Assembly (NCBI GenBank): GCA_030753015.1
Contig: JASMDC010000006.1
Location: 1 to 64,000, forward strand
Direction: 5' to 3'
Source: Candidatus Undinarchaeales archaeon
GTDB lineage: Archaea; SpSt-1190; JASMDC01
Length of the DNA: 64,000 bases
Notes under the pieces: model-generated
What the model was told of the DNA's origin: nothing
Database searches by the model: none
The model's input: only the letters and a program-made list of their open reading frames with translations
Made by a program: the position numbers and the translations under genes
Shown: positions 19,575-28,806 of the stretch, one piece after another
How positions within the stretch are numbered: position 1 is the stretch's first letter
Layout of the letters: the number at the start of each line of letters is the position of its first letter

Positions 19575-20567
19575 GTGGAGCGTGAGTCGTACGAGTCCAT
19601 GATCATCGGCGCCATCGTCGTCGTGGGCGTCATTCTCATCCTCCTAATCGGTGTCTTCCTCATCACGGGCTCGGTGTTCTCGGGATCGGGCGAGGACGTC
19701 TCGGCCAGGAGCGTCATCCATTCAATCGCCGAGGTCAAGGACGAGGTGGAAGTTATTCTCCTGGTAGGCTTCATCGTCACAACCGCCTACGTCATGGCCA
19801 AGCGCAGCCTCGTGGGCGAGGAGCGGGTCATGGTCCATCGCGAGCTCACCAAGGAGGGCGACGAGCTCAAGATCTCGTACCAGATCCTGAACAAATCGAC
19901 CTTCACGCTGCGTAACGTCACCCTCGAGGTACGGACGCCCCAGGACGTGGAGATCATCCAGGGTTCCAATACCATTGACGTCGGTGACATAGAGCGTGAT
20001 GAGGCCCGGAACGTGGTGCTGACGGTGCGGCCCAAGCATTTCACGACGGGGACCGTCACCGCTACTGTGGGCTATTTCCACAACAAGTGGCGCCAGGTCC
20101 CGATCCGGGCAGTCAGCCTCGGTGCCCTCTATCCCTTCATAGAGCCCGTGGACACCAAGGAGGCAGAAAGTATCTATGCGGCCGTGGGGGACATGTTTAT
20201 CGAGCGTCAGGTCTTTCGGTTCGAGGTCACACCGCAGACGATGTTCAACGCCCTCATCGGGCGCCTCCAGACGGCAAGCCCCATTCAGCTCTATGCCGCC
20301 ATCTCCAACGGCGTGTTCGCGGGCCAAGGTGTCTGGGTGGGGCGTGATCCACAGTCCCAGCACACCGTCTGTATCATCGCTGAGACCAAGGACTACCCGG
20401 GTATCAAGGGCGGCGAGGTCGAGCTCACCGTGTACTCGGACCTCGACCGTTTGACGTCCCGCTATTTGACTGAGCTCCACCGAACGATCCACGTGCGTGA
20501 GGAGGAGCCAATGAAGCGCGACTACCTCCGCGAGCTGGCGGGCCGTGCCCAGCGCTACAGCCTCTGA
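19575..20567 (+). CDS. Two-TM membrane protein with an Ig-like domain and an alpha/beta C-terminal domain
   Basis: Two hydrophobic helices, then ISYQILNKS.FTLRNVTLEV...VGDIE. Confidence 0.7.
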   Translation: MERESYESMIIGAIVVVGVILILLIGVFLITGSVFSGSGEDVSARSVIHSIAEVKDEVEVILLVGFIVTTAYVMAKRSLVGEERVMVHRELTKEGDELKISYQILNKSTFTLRNVTLEVRTPQDVEIIQGSNTIDVGDIERDEARNVVLTVRPKHFTTGTVTATVGYFHNKWRQVPIRAVSLGALYPFIEPVDTKEAESIYAAVGDMFIERQVFRFEVTPQTMFNALIGRLQTASPIQLYAAISNGVFAGQGVWVGRDPQSQHTVCIIAETKDYPGIKGGEVELTVYSDLDRLTSRYLTELHRTIHVREEEPMKRDYLRELAGRAQRYSL

Positions 20568-20620
20568 TGGAGCTCGCCACCGCGCAGCGTATTTAAGCTT
20601 TCACCGCGGGCCTCACATCC

Positions 20621-22873
20621 ATGCCCGACAGGGGCTACGTGGAGAACCCGCTCATCAGACCGAAGGCCATCGAGCGCCGACTCTATCAGGAGACCCTCCT
20701 CGGTACCGCCGCGGGCGCCAACACACTTATCGTGGCCCCGACAGCCCTTGGGAAGACCGTCATCTCGGTCCTGCTCGCCACCCTCAAGCTCACCGCAGAG
20801 CCTGAGACGAGCGTCGTGGTTATGGCACCGACCCGGCCCCTCGTCCAGCAGCACGCCGAGAGCTTCCGCGCCATGACGACCCTGGAGGAGGATCGGATCG
20901 TGGCGCTCTCCGGCCTTACCTCGCCCGACGCGCGGGCCCGTTTATGGGAACGGGGGCGTGTGGTGTGCGCCACCCCGCAAACTGTCCAGAACGACATCCT
21001 CGCAGGTCGGGTACCACTGCGCACCATCGCGCTGATGGTCTTCGACGAGTGCCATCGGGCCGTGGGCGAGTATCCGTACGTATTCATCAGCGAGCGTTAC
21101 CGTCAGCTGGGTGCAGCGCCCCACATCCTCGCGCTCACGGCCTCTCCCGGGAATGATCGGGAGACCATCGATGAGGTGTGCGCCAACCTCGCCATCGAGA
21201 AGGTGGAGATCCGCACCGAGCGGGATCGTGATGTCGAGCCATACGTGAACCCAATCACCGTCGAATGGCGGCGGGTGGACCTACCTGACAGCTTCGTCAA
21301 GGTGAGGACCTATCTGGATGCCGTTATCAAGCGTCGGCTCGTCTGGCTCAAGGGCCAGGGACTTCTCCGGACGGCCGATCCCCGCGAGGTCCGACGAAAG
21401 GACCTAATCGCGCTCCAGGCACGGATACGGAAGCGGTTCGGTGAGGGCGCCGATCAGTCGGTCTACCGCGCAGCGTCGTACATAGCCGCTGGTCTAAAGC
21501 TCCTCCACGGTGTGGAGCTGCTGGAAAGCCAAGGGATGCGTCCACTCGAGCGCTATCTTCACAGGTTGGAGGGTCAGGCGGCCACGGTGAAGGGAGTGCG
21601 CATCCTCCTGGAGGAGCCTGAGATGCGTAATGCCATCGTTATCACCCGACACCTGGTCGAGGCCGGTATCAAGCACCCCAAGCTCGCAGAGCTCATCACC
21701 ATCTTAAAGGAGGCGCTGGGCTCTGGTGGGCGTGTCATCGTGTTCACACAGTACCGTGACTCGGTGAGCGCGGTCGTGGAGGCGCTGGCGGCCGCCGGGA
21801 TCGAGTCGGAGAGGTTTGTGGGCCAAGCGGGAGATACGGGCCTTACCCAGAAGAAACAGCTCGCGACGCTCGAGCGGTTCCGCGACGGGGCGTTCCCCGT
21901 ACTAGTGGCGACCTCGGTGGCCGAGGAGGGGCTCGACATCCCCGAGGTGGAGCTCGTTGTGTTCTACGAGCCGGTCCCCAGCGCAGTGCGGACCATCCAG
22001 CGGAGGGGAAGGACCGGACGCAAGCGGGCCGGGCGGATGATCGGGCTCATTACACGGGGGACCCGCGACGAGGGGATCTACTGGGCATCAGTGCACCGGG
22101 AGCGGCGGATGCGTGAGGAGCTCATCGTCGCACAGGCGGCCGGTACGGACCTTCCTGAGCAGGACCGTGCCCAAAGCACACTGGACCGGTTCGATCGGGC
22201 ATCACAGGAACAGCCATCCGTAGTGATCTACGTAGATACCCGCGAGTCGAGCGCCTCTCTGGTACGCGCGCTCACTAGGGATTCCGAGGTCGAGGTTCGT
22301 ACAAAGCGACTGGTGGTCGCCGACTTCCTGGTCTCCGAGAAGGTCGCAGTGGAGCGGAAGCGCACTGTGGACTTCCTCCAGTCGCTCATCGATGGCCGGC
22401 TGCTCTCCCAGGCCCAGCGCTTGGCCGAGGCCTACCCGATCCCTCTGATCGTGCTCGAGGGTGGTGATCTCTACGGACAACGCAACCTTCACCCCAACGC
22501 GATACGTGGGGTGATCGCCTCGCTCACCGTGGACTTCGGCATCGGGATCATCCCTACACGGGACGAGGCCGACACCGCAGCGTTCTTGCTGACCCTGGCC
22601 AAGCGGGAGCAATTGGACCATCCCCGTCGCGTGGCGGTGAAGGGCAAGCGCCGCGTCGATACCCTCGCCGAGCAGCAGGAGCTCGTTCTCTGCTCGTTCC
22701 CTCATATCAACATGACACTGGCCAAGCGGCTCCTTGAGCATTTCAGCACGGTCGCAGCGGTTCTCTCAGCATCCGAGGACGAGCTGAGGAAGGTGCATGG
22801 CATCGGCGAACGGCTCGCAAAGGAGATCGCTTCGGTGTCCGGTACCCGGTACGAGGCGCGTAAACGCCGGTGA
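20621..22873 (+). CDS. hef: Hef helicase/ERCC4 nuclease
   Basis: APTALGKT, DECHRA, LTASPG, TSVAEEGLDIP, QRRGRTGR, VDTRE...ERK..DFLQS, C-terminal HhH. Confidence 0.95.
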   Translation: MPDRGYVENPLIRPKAIERRLYQETLLGTAAGANTLIVAPTALGKTVISVLLATLKLTAEPETSVVVMAPTRPLVQQHAESFRAMTTLEEDRIVALSGLTSPDARARLWERGRVVCATPQTVQNDILAGRVPLRTIALMVFDECHRAVGEYPYVFISERYRQLGAAPHILALTASPGNDRETIDEVCANLAIEKVEIRTERDRDVEPYVNPITVEWRRVDLPDSFVKVRTYLDAVIKRRLVWLKGQGLLRTADPREVRRKDLIALQARIRKRFGEGADQSVYRAASYIAAGLKLLHGVELLESQGMRPLERYLHRLEGQAATVKGVRILLEEPEMRNAIVITRHLVEAGIKHPKLAELITILKEALGSGGRVIVFTQYRDSVSAVVEALAAAGIESERFVGQAGDTGLTQKKQLATLERFRDGAFPVLVATSVAEEGLDIPEVELVVFYEPVPSAVRTIQRRGRTGRKRAGRMIGLITRGTRDEGIYWASVHRERRMREELIVAQAAGTDLPEQDRAQSTLDRFDRASQEQPSVVIYVDTRESSASLVRALTRDSEVEVRTKRLVVADFLVSEKVAVERKRTVDFLQSLIDGRLLSQAQRLAEAYPIPLIVLEGGDLYGQRNLHPNAIRGVIASLTVDFGIGIIPTRDEADTAAFLLTLAKREQLDHPRRVAVKGKRRVDTLAEQQELVLCSFPHINMTLAKRLLEHFSTVAAVLSASEDELRKVHGIGERLAKEIASVSGTRYEARKRR

Positions 22874-22876
22874 ACC

Positions 22877-23524
22877 CTACACCTCTCCGACAGGTGCCTC
22901 GACGTCGGTCTCTTCCGCGACAACGACCTTCTCATCGACTGAGGGCTCGGCTATAGCTTCCCCCTCCACAGGGAGCCCCATCATGATGCGTCCTTTCTTC
23001 GATGAGACAAGGTAAGAGATCACCATGAAGCACCAGAAGAGCACGGGCACCAGGATGATGATGTAGATGATGATGAACGCCCGTCGTGCCCCCATAGAGA
23101 TGCGGAAGGACAGCGGCTCGAGCGTCGTTTCGATCTTCTTGTCGTCCTGACGCACAGTGGGCGGAGGGATCTCCACGTCTCCGTACTTCGTCGCCTCGAG
23201 GTCGATGGTAAAGGTCGTGCTCTTCTTCGGCTGAACGGGGACCTTTGGGAACATGATGGTGAGGACCGATGTCGTCGGTTCGAAGGATGTCCTGAAGTCG
23301 GGTTTGATACCGGTCACGTTGATCTTCGAAAGGGGGATGTCCTGGACCAGCTCTACCTTGATTGCGGCGGGATCGGGATTGGTTACCGTGTACGTGAGCT
23401 TGAGCCCCTCACCCTCGCGCGGCTCGTCCGTTGTAAGGGGGGCGCGCACCACTTCGACATCAGCGGCAGTGCACAGCATGCAGACTAGCATGAGGATTGC
23501 CAGAAGGTGACGCGCTGTGACCAT
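22877..23524 (-). CDS. Exported Ig-like protein with a C-terminal TM anchor
   Basis: Signal peptide, beta-rich body, TM AFIIIYIIILVPVLFW. Confidence 0.7.
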   Translation of the reverse strand: MVTARHLLAILMLVCMLCTAADVEVVRAPLTTDEPREGEGLKLTYTVTNPDPAAIKVELVQDIPLSKINVTGIKPDFRTSFEPTTSVLTIMFPKVPVQPKKSTTFTIDLEATKYGDVEIPPPTVRQDDKKIETTLEPLSFRISMGARRAFIIIYIIILVPVLFWCFMVISYLVSSKKGRIMMGLPVEGEAIAEPSVDEKVVVAEETDVEAPVGEV

Positions 23525-23540
23525 GTCGGGGGATCGTGCT

Positions 23541-24659
23541 CTAACCTTTAAAAAAACTCCGGATTCGGGCACGTAGCCCCTCGCTTTCGTACCAGCACTG
23601 TGGGTCCTCGGAAAGATGATCACCGGTCGCACCGTACGCGATGGCGCGGCAGCCGCCGCAGTGGAAACGATACAGACAGGGACCGCATCTTCCCCTCAAG
23701 CGGTCCCGATCACGCAGTTCCTCCAGTAGGGGCGCATTGTGCCACACATCCCCCAAGTCGTCCTCATGGAGGTTACCTATGGGGATGGGAAGGCGACGGC
23801 AGGCCAGCAGCGTTCCATCGGCCAGGAGTGCCAGACCCCCTGTCCCGATGGAGCACCCCCCGGCAGAGTGACGGGCCCGGGCGAGATAGCACGCGCCGAC
23901 AGGTACGCCGCGGGCAAGTTGCCACAGGGGATCACGGGGAGGGATGTCCATTTCGCCTTCAAGTTCACACCTATGGTGCAACAGGTCCGTGAAGAGCTCT
24001 TGCGTACCTTCTCGGTCCAGGAGCTCATCGACAAGGTCTTTTCCCCGGCCCCAGGGGACGAGCCGAGAGAAACCCACACGGTCGATCCCTTCCTGATGGC
24101 AAGACTTGAGCACCGCTTCGACCTCGTCCACGTTGAGCTTGCTCACGGTCATTGAGGCCGTCGTGCTCACACCGGCGTCACGGAGGTGGGCGAGACCGCG
24201 CATGGCATCGCACCAGGCACCCTCTCGTCCACGTAGCCGGTCATGGCTCGCTTCGGTACCGTCGATGCTCACCTGCACTGCTTGGACGCGCATGCGCGCG
24301 AGTGCGGAGGCGATCTCTGCCGTGATGAGCGTTCCGTTGGTAAGTACCTTGACACCGAGTCGGTGTTTCCGGGCCGCCTTGATGAGCGAAAGGAGGTCCT
24401 TGCGGAGGAAGGGCTCACCCCCGGTGAAGTGGATGCGTCCCCGTAATCCCTCATTCTGCAAGAACCGTGCATAACGGTCGATGATGGAGATGCACTCCTC
24501 GGTGTCGGATTCATCACCGCCCGCCCCATAGTCGCCGTAACAATGCTTGCATGAGAGGTTGCACCGTTTAGTTACATGCCACTGCAGGAAGAAAGGCTCC
24601 CGGTTACGCGGGCACCTAGTCGGCGCATCCACCACAGCTGTCACACGATCCGCAGTCAT
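23541..24659 (-). CDS. Radical SAM/SPASM protein (putative peptide maturase)
   Basis: FFLQWHVTKRCNLSCKHCY (CX3CX2C), FTGGEP, TNGT, VSIDG; SPASM GC.IG...AC...CGPCLYRFHCGGCRA...DPQC; start ATG 24659 or GTG 24632. Confidence 0.92.
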   Translation of the reverse strand: MTADRVTAVVDAPTRCPRNREPFFLQWHVTKRCNLSCKHCYGDYGAGGDESDTEECISIIDRYARFLQNEGLRGRIHFTGGEPFLRKDLLSLIKAARKHRLGVKVLTNGTLITAEIASALARMRVQAVQVSIDGTEASHDRLRGREGAWCDAMRGLAHLRDAGVSTTASMTVSKLNVDEVEAVLKSCHQEGIDRVGFSRLVPWGRGKDLVDELLDREGTQELFTDLLHHRCELEGEMDIPPRDPLWQLARGVPVGACYLARARHSAGGCSIGTGGLALLADGTLLACRRLPIPIGNLHEDDLGDVWHNAPLLEELRDRDRLRGRCGPCLYRFHCGGCRAIAYGATGDHLSEDPQCWYESEGLRARIRSFFKG

Positions 24660-24771
24660 TGCAATCGCTGCAATCAGAGCAGCTCCCAGAGCCGTAGATC
24701 GCTGAGCGTATGATGATGAGAACAATGAGGATGACGAAGAGTATCGGTACGAGGAGGATGGTTAGAGCCAT
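24616..24771 (-). CDS. 51-aa Cys-rich putative RiPP precursor (hydrophobic N-terminus plus (CXX)7 core)
   Basis: Below the ORF-track cutoff. MALTILLVPILFVILIVLIIIRSAIYGSGSCSDCSDCNDCGSCDSCGGCAD*; GGAGG upstream of the ATG; overlaps the radical SAM start. Confidence 0.8.
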   Translation of the reverse strand: MALTILLVPILFVILIVLIIIRSAIYGSGSCSDCSDCNDCGSCDSCGGCAD

Positions 24772-24794
24772 CGGTATTCCCTCCGGTGATAATC

Positions 24795-24803
24795 TATTTA
24801 AAT
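24795..24803. promoter_or_regulatory. Putative bidirectional TATA element
   Basis: TATTTAAAT lies about 25 bp from both divergent starts (24771 and 24825). Confidence 0.5.
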
Positions 24804-24824
24804 GTGTATCGACATGTATGGGCC

Positions 24825-25043
24825 GTGAAGTTCATCGACCTCCTCATTGTGCTGGTGGTCATCGCGCTCATTGTCGTCGTAATCTCCAATGCAACCGGGG
24901 GCAGTACCTACTACTATGGTTCAGGTCGTCGCCGAAGCCGCTGGTCCTCAGTGAACGTATTCCACTGGGGGAGCAGCAGATCGAGCGGTACCAGATCCCG
25001 GGGGTACAGTGCCACCAGATCCGGTGGTAGTGGGATTAAATGA
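24825..25043 (+). CDS. Small membrane peptide with a Gly/Ser/Arg-rich tail
   Basis: VKFIDLLIVLVVIALIVVVI...GSSRSSGTRSRGYSATRSGGSGIK*; directly upstream of DUF350. Confidence 0.7.
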   Translation: MKFIDLLIVLVVIALIVVVISNATGGSTYYYGSGRRRSRWSSVNVFHWGSSRSSGTRSRGYSATRSGGSGIK

Positions 25044-25078
25044 CGTATGTTATAATTGATACAAGGAGGATATGAATA

Positions 25079-25303
25079 ATGGCAAGCCCTGCACTAGAGG
25101 ACATCGCGATGACACTCATCTACAGCGTCGTTGCGGTACTGATCATGGCCTTCGCCCTTCCTATGGCGTTCAAGATCTTCGACTGGATCACCCCCATCGA
25201 TGAATGGGAGGAGATCAAGAACAAGAACATGGCCGTGGCCATGTACGTGTCGGCCGCTTTCATTAGCTTCGCCCTTGTTATCGTGGGCGTGCTCATCTCC
25301 TAG
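25079..25303 (+). CDS. DUF350 membrane protein
   Basis: FKIFDWITPIDEWEEIKNKNMAVAM pattern; AAGGAGG RBS. Confidence 0.85.
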   Translation: MASPALEDIAMTLIYSVVAVLIMAFALPMAFKIFDWITPIDEWEEIKNKNMAVAMYVSAAFISFALVIVGVLIS

Positions 25304-25602
25304 AGGCGTCGACGGGACCATCGGGCACACACGCACCCTAGCGTGAGCTGCCCCTTGCATGACATCCCAACCAAGCATCACAACGAGACGCTAAGGAAGC
25401 CCCCCGATTCAACGGCGGAGGAATTGGCGGAGGGAAGGGAGCAGTATCCTCACTGTGGGTTCATCCCCGGTTACAAGCCCTCCTTGTGTATAGGTAGTGT
25501 GAGCCGACGGGATCATGGTCGTTACTCAGATCCATATTCAAATGTGCGAATTAGTAATATTCAGGCACAGGGACACTGCTCAGAAGAGATGATGGGGGGA
25601 AA

Positions 25603-25638
25603 GAATAAAGGGTGGGGGCGCGGTTCTCCACGCCCCCG
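25603..25638 (-). terminator. Putative terminator of the 25654-26211 gene
   Basis: GGGGGCG...CGCCCCC hairpin followed on the minus strand by CTTTATTCTTT. Confidence 0.45.
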
Positions 25639-25653
25639 ACCGGTCTATGCAAG

Positions 25654-26211
25654 CTACTTCTTCTTCTTGCCGTGGACTTCGTCCTCGAGCTTCCGCTCCC
25701 GGGCCTCGTCATCCTCGAGCTTCTTCTCGAGGCGCTTTTCCATCTCTTCGAGCTTCTTCTCTTTCATCTCCAAGCGCTTCTCACGCTCGGCGATCTCCTC
25801 GACCTCTTCCTCAAGGCGCTCTTCCTCTTCCTCCAGTTCCTCCTCCTCGCGAAGGAACTCCATCTCCATCTTGTGCACGTGCAGCATGACCTCGAAGATC
25901 ATGAGCAAGAGAGCAAGATCGATGAGCACGGACTCAAGGAACGCTTTCTTCTCAGCGGTCTCACCTACGGTCCGGAAGAGCTCCGCGAGCGACCACGTCT
26001 GCTTAGTGTGGAGCTTCGCGTTGACGAAGAGAGGGTTCGACGCGCTTTCCCCCTCGAAGGTCTGGGCCGCCGTAAAGCGGTAGATATCCTCCATGCTGAT
26101 GGACTGAATCAGGTAGAAGCAAAAGAAGATCACGAGCAAGCTAACGACGATTATCACGATGTCGTGCTTCTCCATCTCCTTGATCTCTCTGCGAAGATTA
26201 CGTAGCGGCAT
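25654..26211 (-). CDS. Two-TM protein with an acidic coiled-coil C-terminus
   Basis: Two hydrophobic segments and an E/K heptad-rich tail. Confidence 0.75.
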   Translation of the reverse strand: MPLRNLRREIKEMEKHDIVIIVVSLLVIFFCFYLIQSISMEDIYRFTAAQTFEGESASNPLFVNAKLHTKQTWSLAELFRTVGETAEKKAFLESVLIDLALLLMIFEVMLHVHKMEMEFLREEEELEEEEERLEEEVEEIAEREKRLEMKEKKLEEMEKRLEKKLEDDEARERKLEDEVHGKKKK

Positions 26212-26319
26212 TGGAAATCATCCTCGAACGTTCTTTCTTTCCCTCGGAATCAATGCTTTAAATATATTCTTTCACGGAGTAGTGTCTTGAGGGGCCGCTA
26301 GGCTCGGAGATGAGACGTC

Positions 26320-26826
26320 TTGAGGAACATTGCACGTGACCAGCGGGGTGTAATCAACCAATTCTTCGTCATCATTATCGGTATCCTCCTCGTCGTAGTG
26401 CTGCTCCTTGTGGGAAACAAGGTCCTCTCGAACATGTTCTGCATGCACTCCGTATCCGCTGTCGCAAACGACGTAGAGCGGGTCCGCGAGACCCTGAGTC
26501 GGGTGTACGCGGGAGCAGAAGGGTCCGTGGACTCCATCGAGCTCCACGTTCCGGCTAAAGCCAAGTACTGCTTCATCCGCGGACAGATTTATATCGAGGG
26601 CACCTGTGTATCGGAGGGGTACAAGCTACCGAACCTCATCGTCCACAATCCTCAGATTGATAGCGAGATCCGGGCCAAGGTGGAGGAGATGGCGAGCCTC
26701 ATCGACGCCGCTGACGACGAAACCTCTACATCGACCCTCTGTCTCACTTCCGGTTTCTACTCGGTGAAGTTCGAGCGCACGGCAGGTCATGTGAACCTGT
26801 ACTCTGTGTTCGGTACACGGGAGTAG
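26320..26826 (+). CDS. Class III signal-peptide (pilin-like) protein
   Basis: DQRG^VINQFFVIIIGILLVVV. Confidence 0.7.
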   Translation: MRNIARDQRGVINQFFVIIIGILLVVVLLLVGNKVLSNMFCMHSVSAVANDVERVRETLSRVYAGAEGSVDSIELHVPAKAKYCFIRGQIYIEGTCVSEGYKLPNLIVHNPQIDSEIRAKVEEMASLIDAADDETSTSTLCLTSGFYSVKFERTAGHVNLYSVFGTRE

Positions 26827-26854
26827 ACACCGGACGACCGGAGGTTTTTTATTG

Positions 26855-27790
26855 ATGGGCCGCCATCAAGTTCCCGTGAAATGTGGCCGTATCTTCAAAG
26901 ACCGGCGAGGGGAGGGTGACGTTCCACAGCAAGTGAACATGGTCTTTGCGGCTATCATTGTCACCGGACTTGTGCTCAACATCGCACTGATGCCCGTTAT
27001 CGATGAAAAGGAGCCCTCTCCGGACCTCGTGGACGAGGAGCGACCAGAGGTCATGCGGAAGGTGGCGCGAAAGATGACGGGGAAGAAGACGGCCCGCATC
27101 CTTTCGGACAACCGTACTGGGGACCCTGCTCTTTCCGAACGCGAGCGCCTACGGGAGGATATGAGGACCACGAACAAACGTGTGGCCCTTTCCGTCCCAT
27201 CGCTTCTTTCTATAAGTAGATCGGGGCCTGAGCGGAGCGTCGTCGTGGCCATTATCAACGATGGCGACGACCGGCGGTGCTTTTGCGTCTATCCGCACCT
27301 TGTATCGCTCGACGGACCGGGCTCGTGGGGGTACACGATAGACCGCGACCTCGACTCACTCCACGAGGAGTGGTGGGAGGGTGTGGACGATCCCGACACC
27401 GTTAAGGCGCTCATGAGCGCATCTCCTCGCGAGTGTTGGGCTGGCGACGGCAAGTGCAGTCCGAACTTGTGGTTCGAAGGAAGGGCCGACATCACGGTAC
27501 CACCCGGGAGCCGGGCATCGCTCGGGATGCTCCTGGACATTTCCTCTTCCGCTCGTGAGGCCCCTGTGGGGCGATGGAGTTTCATCGTGGACGTTTGCGA
27601 GTACCGGCCCCCGTGCGAGGAATGGGACCCTACCGATCCGTCCATATGCGTGGAATGGATGGTGGGCTGCGAGGCCTGTATGCCGGAACTTTGCCGCCAG
27701 GAGCCCGTGTACGCTTGCGACGGGAGGACAAAAGACGACTGCTATTCGTGGTACGACAGTGAACGGTTCATCGTTAATCTGGAAGAATAG
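26855..27790 (+). CDS. Cys-rich pilin-like protein, diverged paralog of 27878-28702
   Basis: RRG^ followed by a hydrophobic helix; CFCVYPHL..LDGPGS, CWAG.GKC.PN.WF, WYDS. Confidence 0.7.
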   Translation: MGRHQVPVKCGRIFKDRRGEGDVPQQVNMVFAAIIVTGLVLNIALMPVIDEKEPSPDLVDEERPEVMRKVARKMTGKKTARILSDNRTGDPALSERERLREDMRTTNKRVALSVPSLLSISRSGPERSVVVAIINDGDDRRCFCVYPHLVSLDGPGSWGYTIDRDLDSLHEEWWEGVDDPDTVKALMSASPRECWAGDGKCSPNLWFEGRADITVPPGSRASLGMLLDISSSAREAPVGRWSFIVDVCEYRPPCEEWDPTDPSICVEWMVGCEACMPELCRQEPVYACDGRTKDDCYSWYDSERFIVNLEE

Positions 27791-27877
27791 CGGGGCCCCG
27801 GGGCACTATCTAACACACAGCCCTAACAAGAGCTTTTTAAACGGTAAGCGTGTTCACGGTCTATTAAGGTGAATACC

Positions 27878-28702
27878 ATGAGAAAAGGTTTCCTGAACAA
27901 GAGGGGTACCATCCAGATGTCTTTCACTTTCTTAGTGATGGTTATCCTGGGCGGTCTGATGCTGACCGTCGGTGTAAAGTACATCAGCAAGATGGCAAGC
28001 AGCATCATGGGGATGTCGGATGAGGTTTCGGACACAATGCGTGAGCGCATCCTTAACGATATCAAGACCAAGAACGAGAAGGTCATGTTGTCGATCCCCA
28101 CCTCGATCAAGATGACACGAAAAGAGCGGCGGCGTGACATCTCAGTGGTCATAAATAATATCAGCCCAGAGACCAAATGCTTCTGCGTATTCCCGCACCT
28201 GCTGGGCCTTGACGGCCCTGGCTCGTATAGCATTGAGGTCTCCAAGAGCTCCATGCAGGGATCGCTGTCAGCGGGGACCGACTGGACCTCCGTGACGGAT
28301 GAGGACCAGTTGAAGAAGAAGCTGAAGCGGTACACGCCCCAGGCGTGTTGGGCCGGTGCTGGTAAGTGTAAGCCCAACAACTGGTTCGTGGGCGAGGCCG
28401 GTATCCGCGCAGATGGCGAGCAGGCCAACGATGTCAAGGTCTCCCTTGAGCTCCCGCGCGACCCGCTCGAGGCCCCTAACGGCCGCTGGGCGTTCACGGT
28501 CGAAGTGTGCGAGTACAAGCCCTCCTGCCCTGGTGGCTTCGAGGACGGTATCTGCAAGGAATGGGGCGAGGGCTGCAACGCCTGTATCCCCGAGAACTGC
28601 CGTCAGAACCCCGTGGACAAGTGTCAGGGGAGCAACGCGCAGAGCTGCTACCTCTGGTACGACTCGGCGGCTTTCCACCTCCAGGTCCACAGCGAAGAGT
28701 AG
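27878..28702 (+). CDS. Cys-rich class III signal-peptide (pilin-like) protein
   Basis: NKRG^TIQMSFTFLVMVILGG; Cys-rich C-terminal half. Confidence 0.75.
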   Translation: MRKGFLNKRGTIQMSFTFLVMVILGGLMLTVGVKYISKMASSIMGMSDEVSDTMRERILNDIKTKNEKVMLSIPTSIKMTRKERRRDISVVINNISPETKCFCVFPHLLGLDGPGSYSIEVSKSSMQGSLSAGTDWTSVTDEDQLKKKLKRYTPQACWAGAGKCKPNNWFVGEAGIRADGEQANDVKVSLELPRDPLEAPNGRWAFTVEVCEYKPSCPGGFEDGICKEWGEGCNACIPENCRQNPVDKCQGSNAQSCYLWYDSAAFHLQVHSEE

Positions 28703-28806
28703 GGAAAAGAGGGGAAGGATGTATCGGCCCGGGGGTCGTGCCGCGCGCGGCCCCCCGACCCTCATCATAATCAACTTAAAGATAGCCCGTTCTAAATCAC
28801 GCATCA

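Noticed and set aside
23541-24659. Radical SAM as AhbC/NirJ (heme) or PqqE
   Set aside because: No heme or PQQ genes are nearby, and an overlapping Cys-rich peptide offers a better substrate. Not excluded without a phylogeny.
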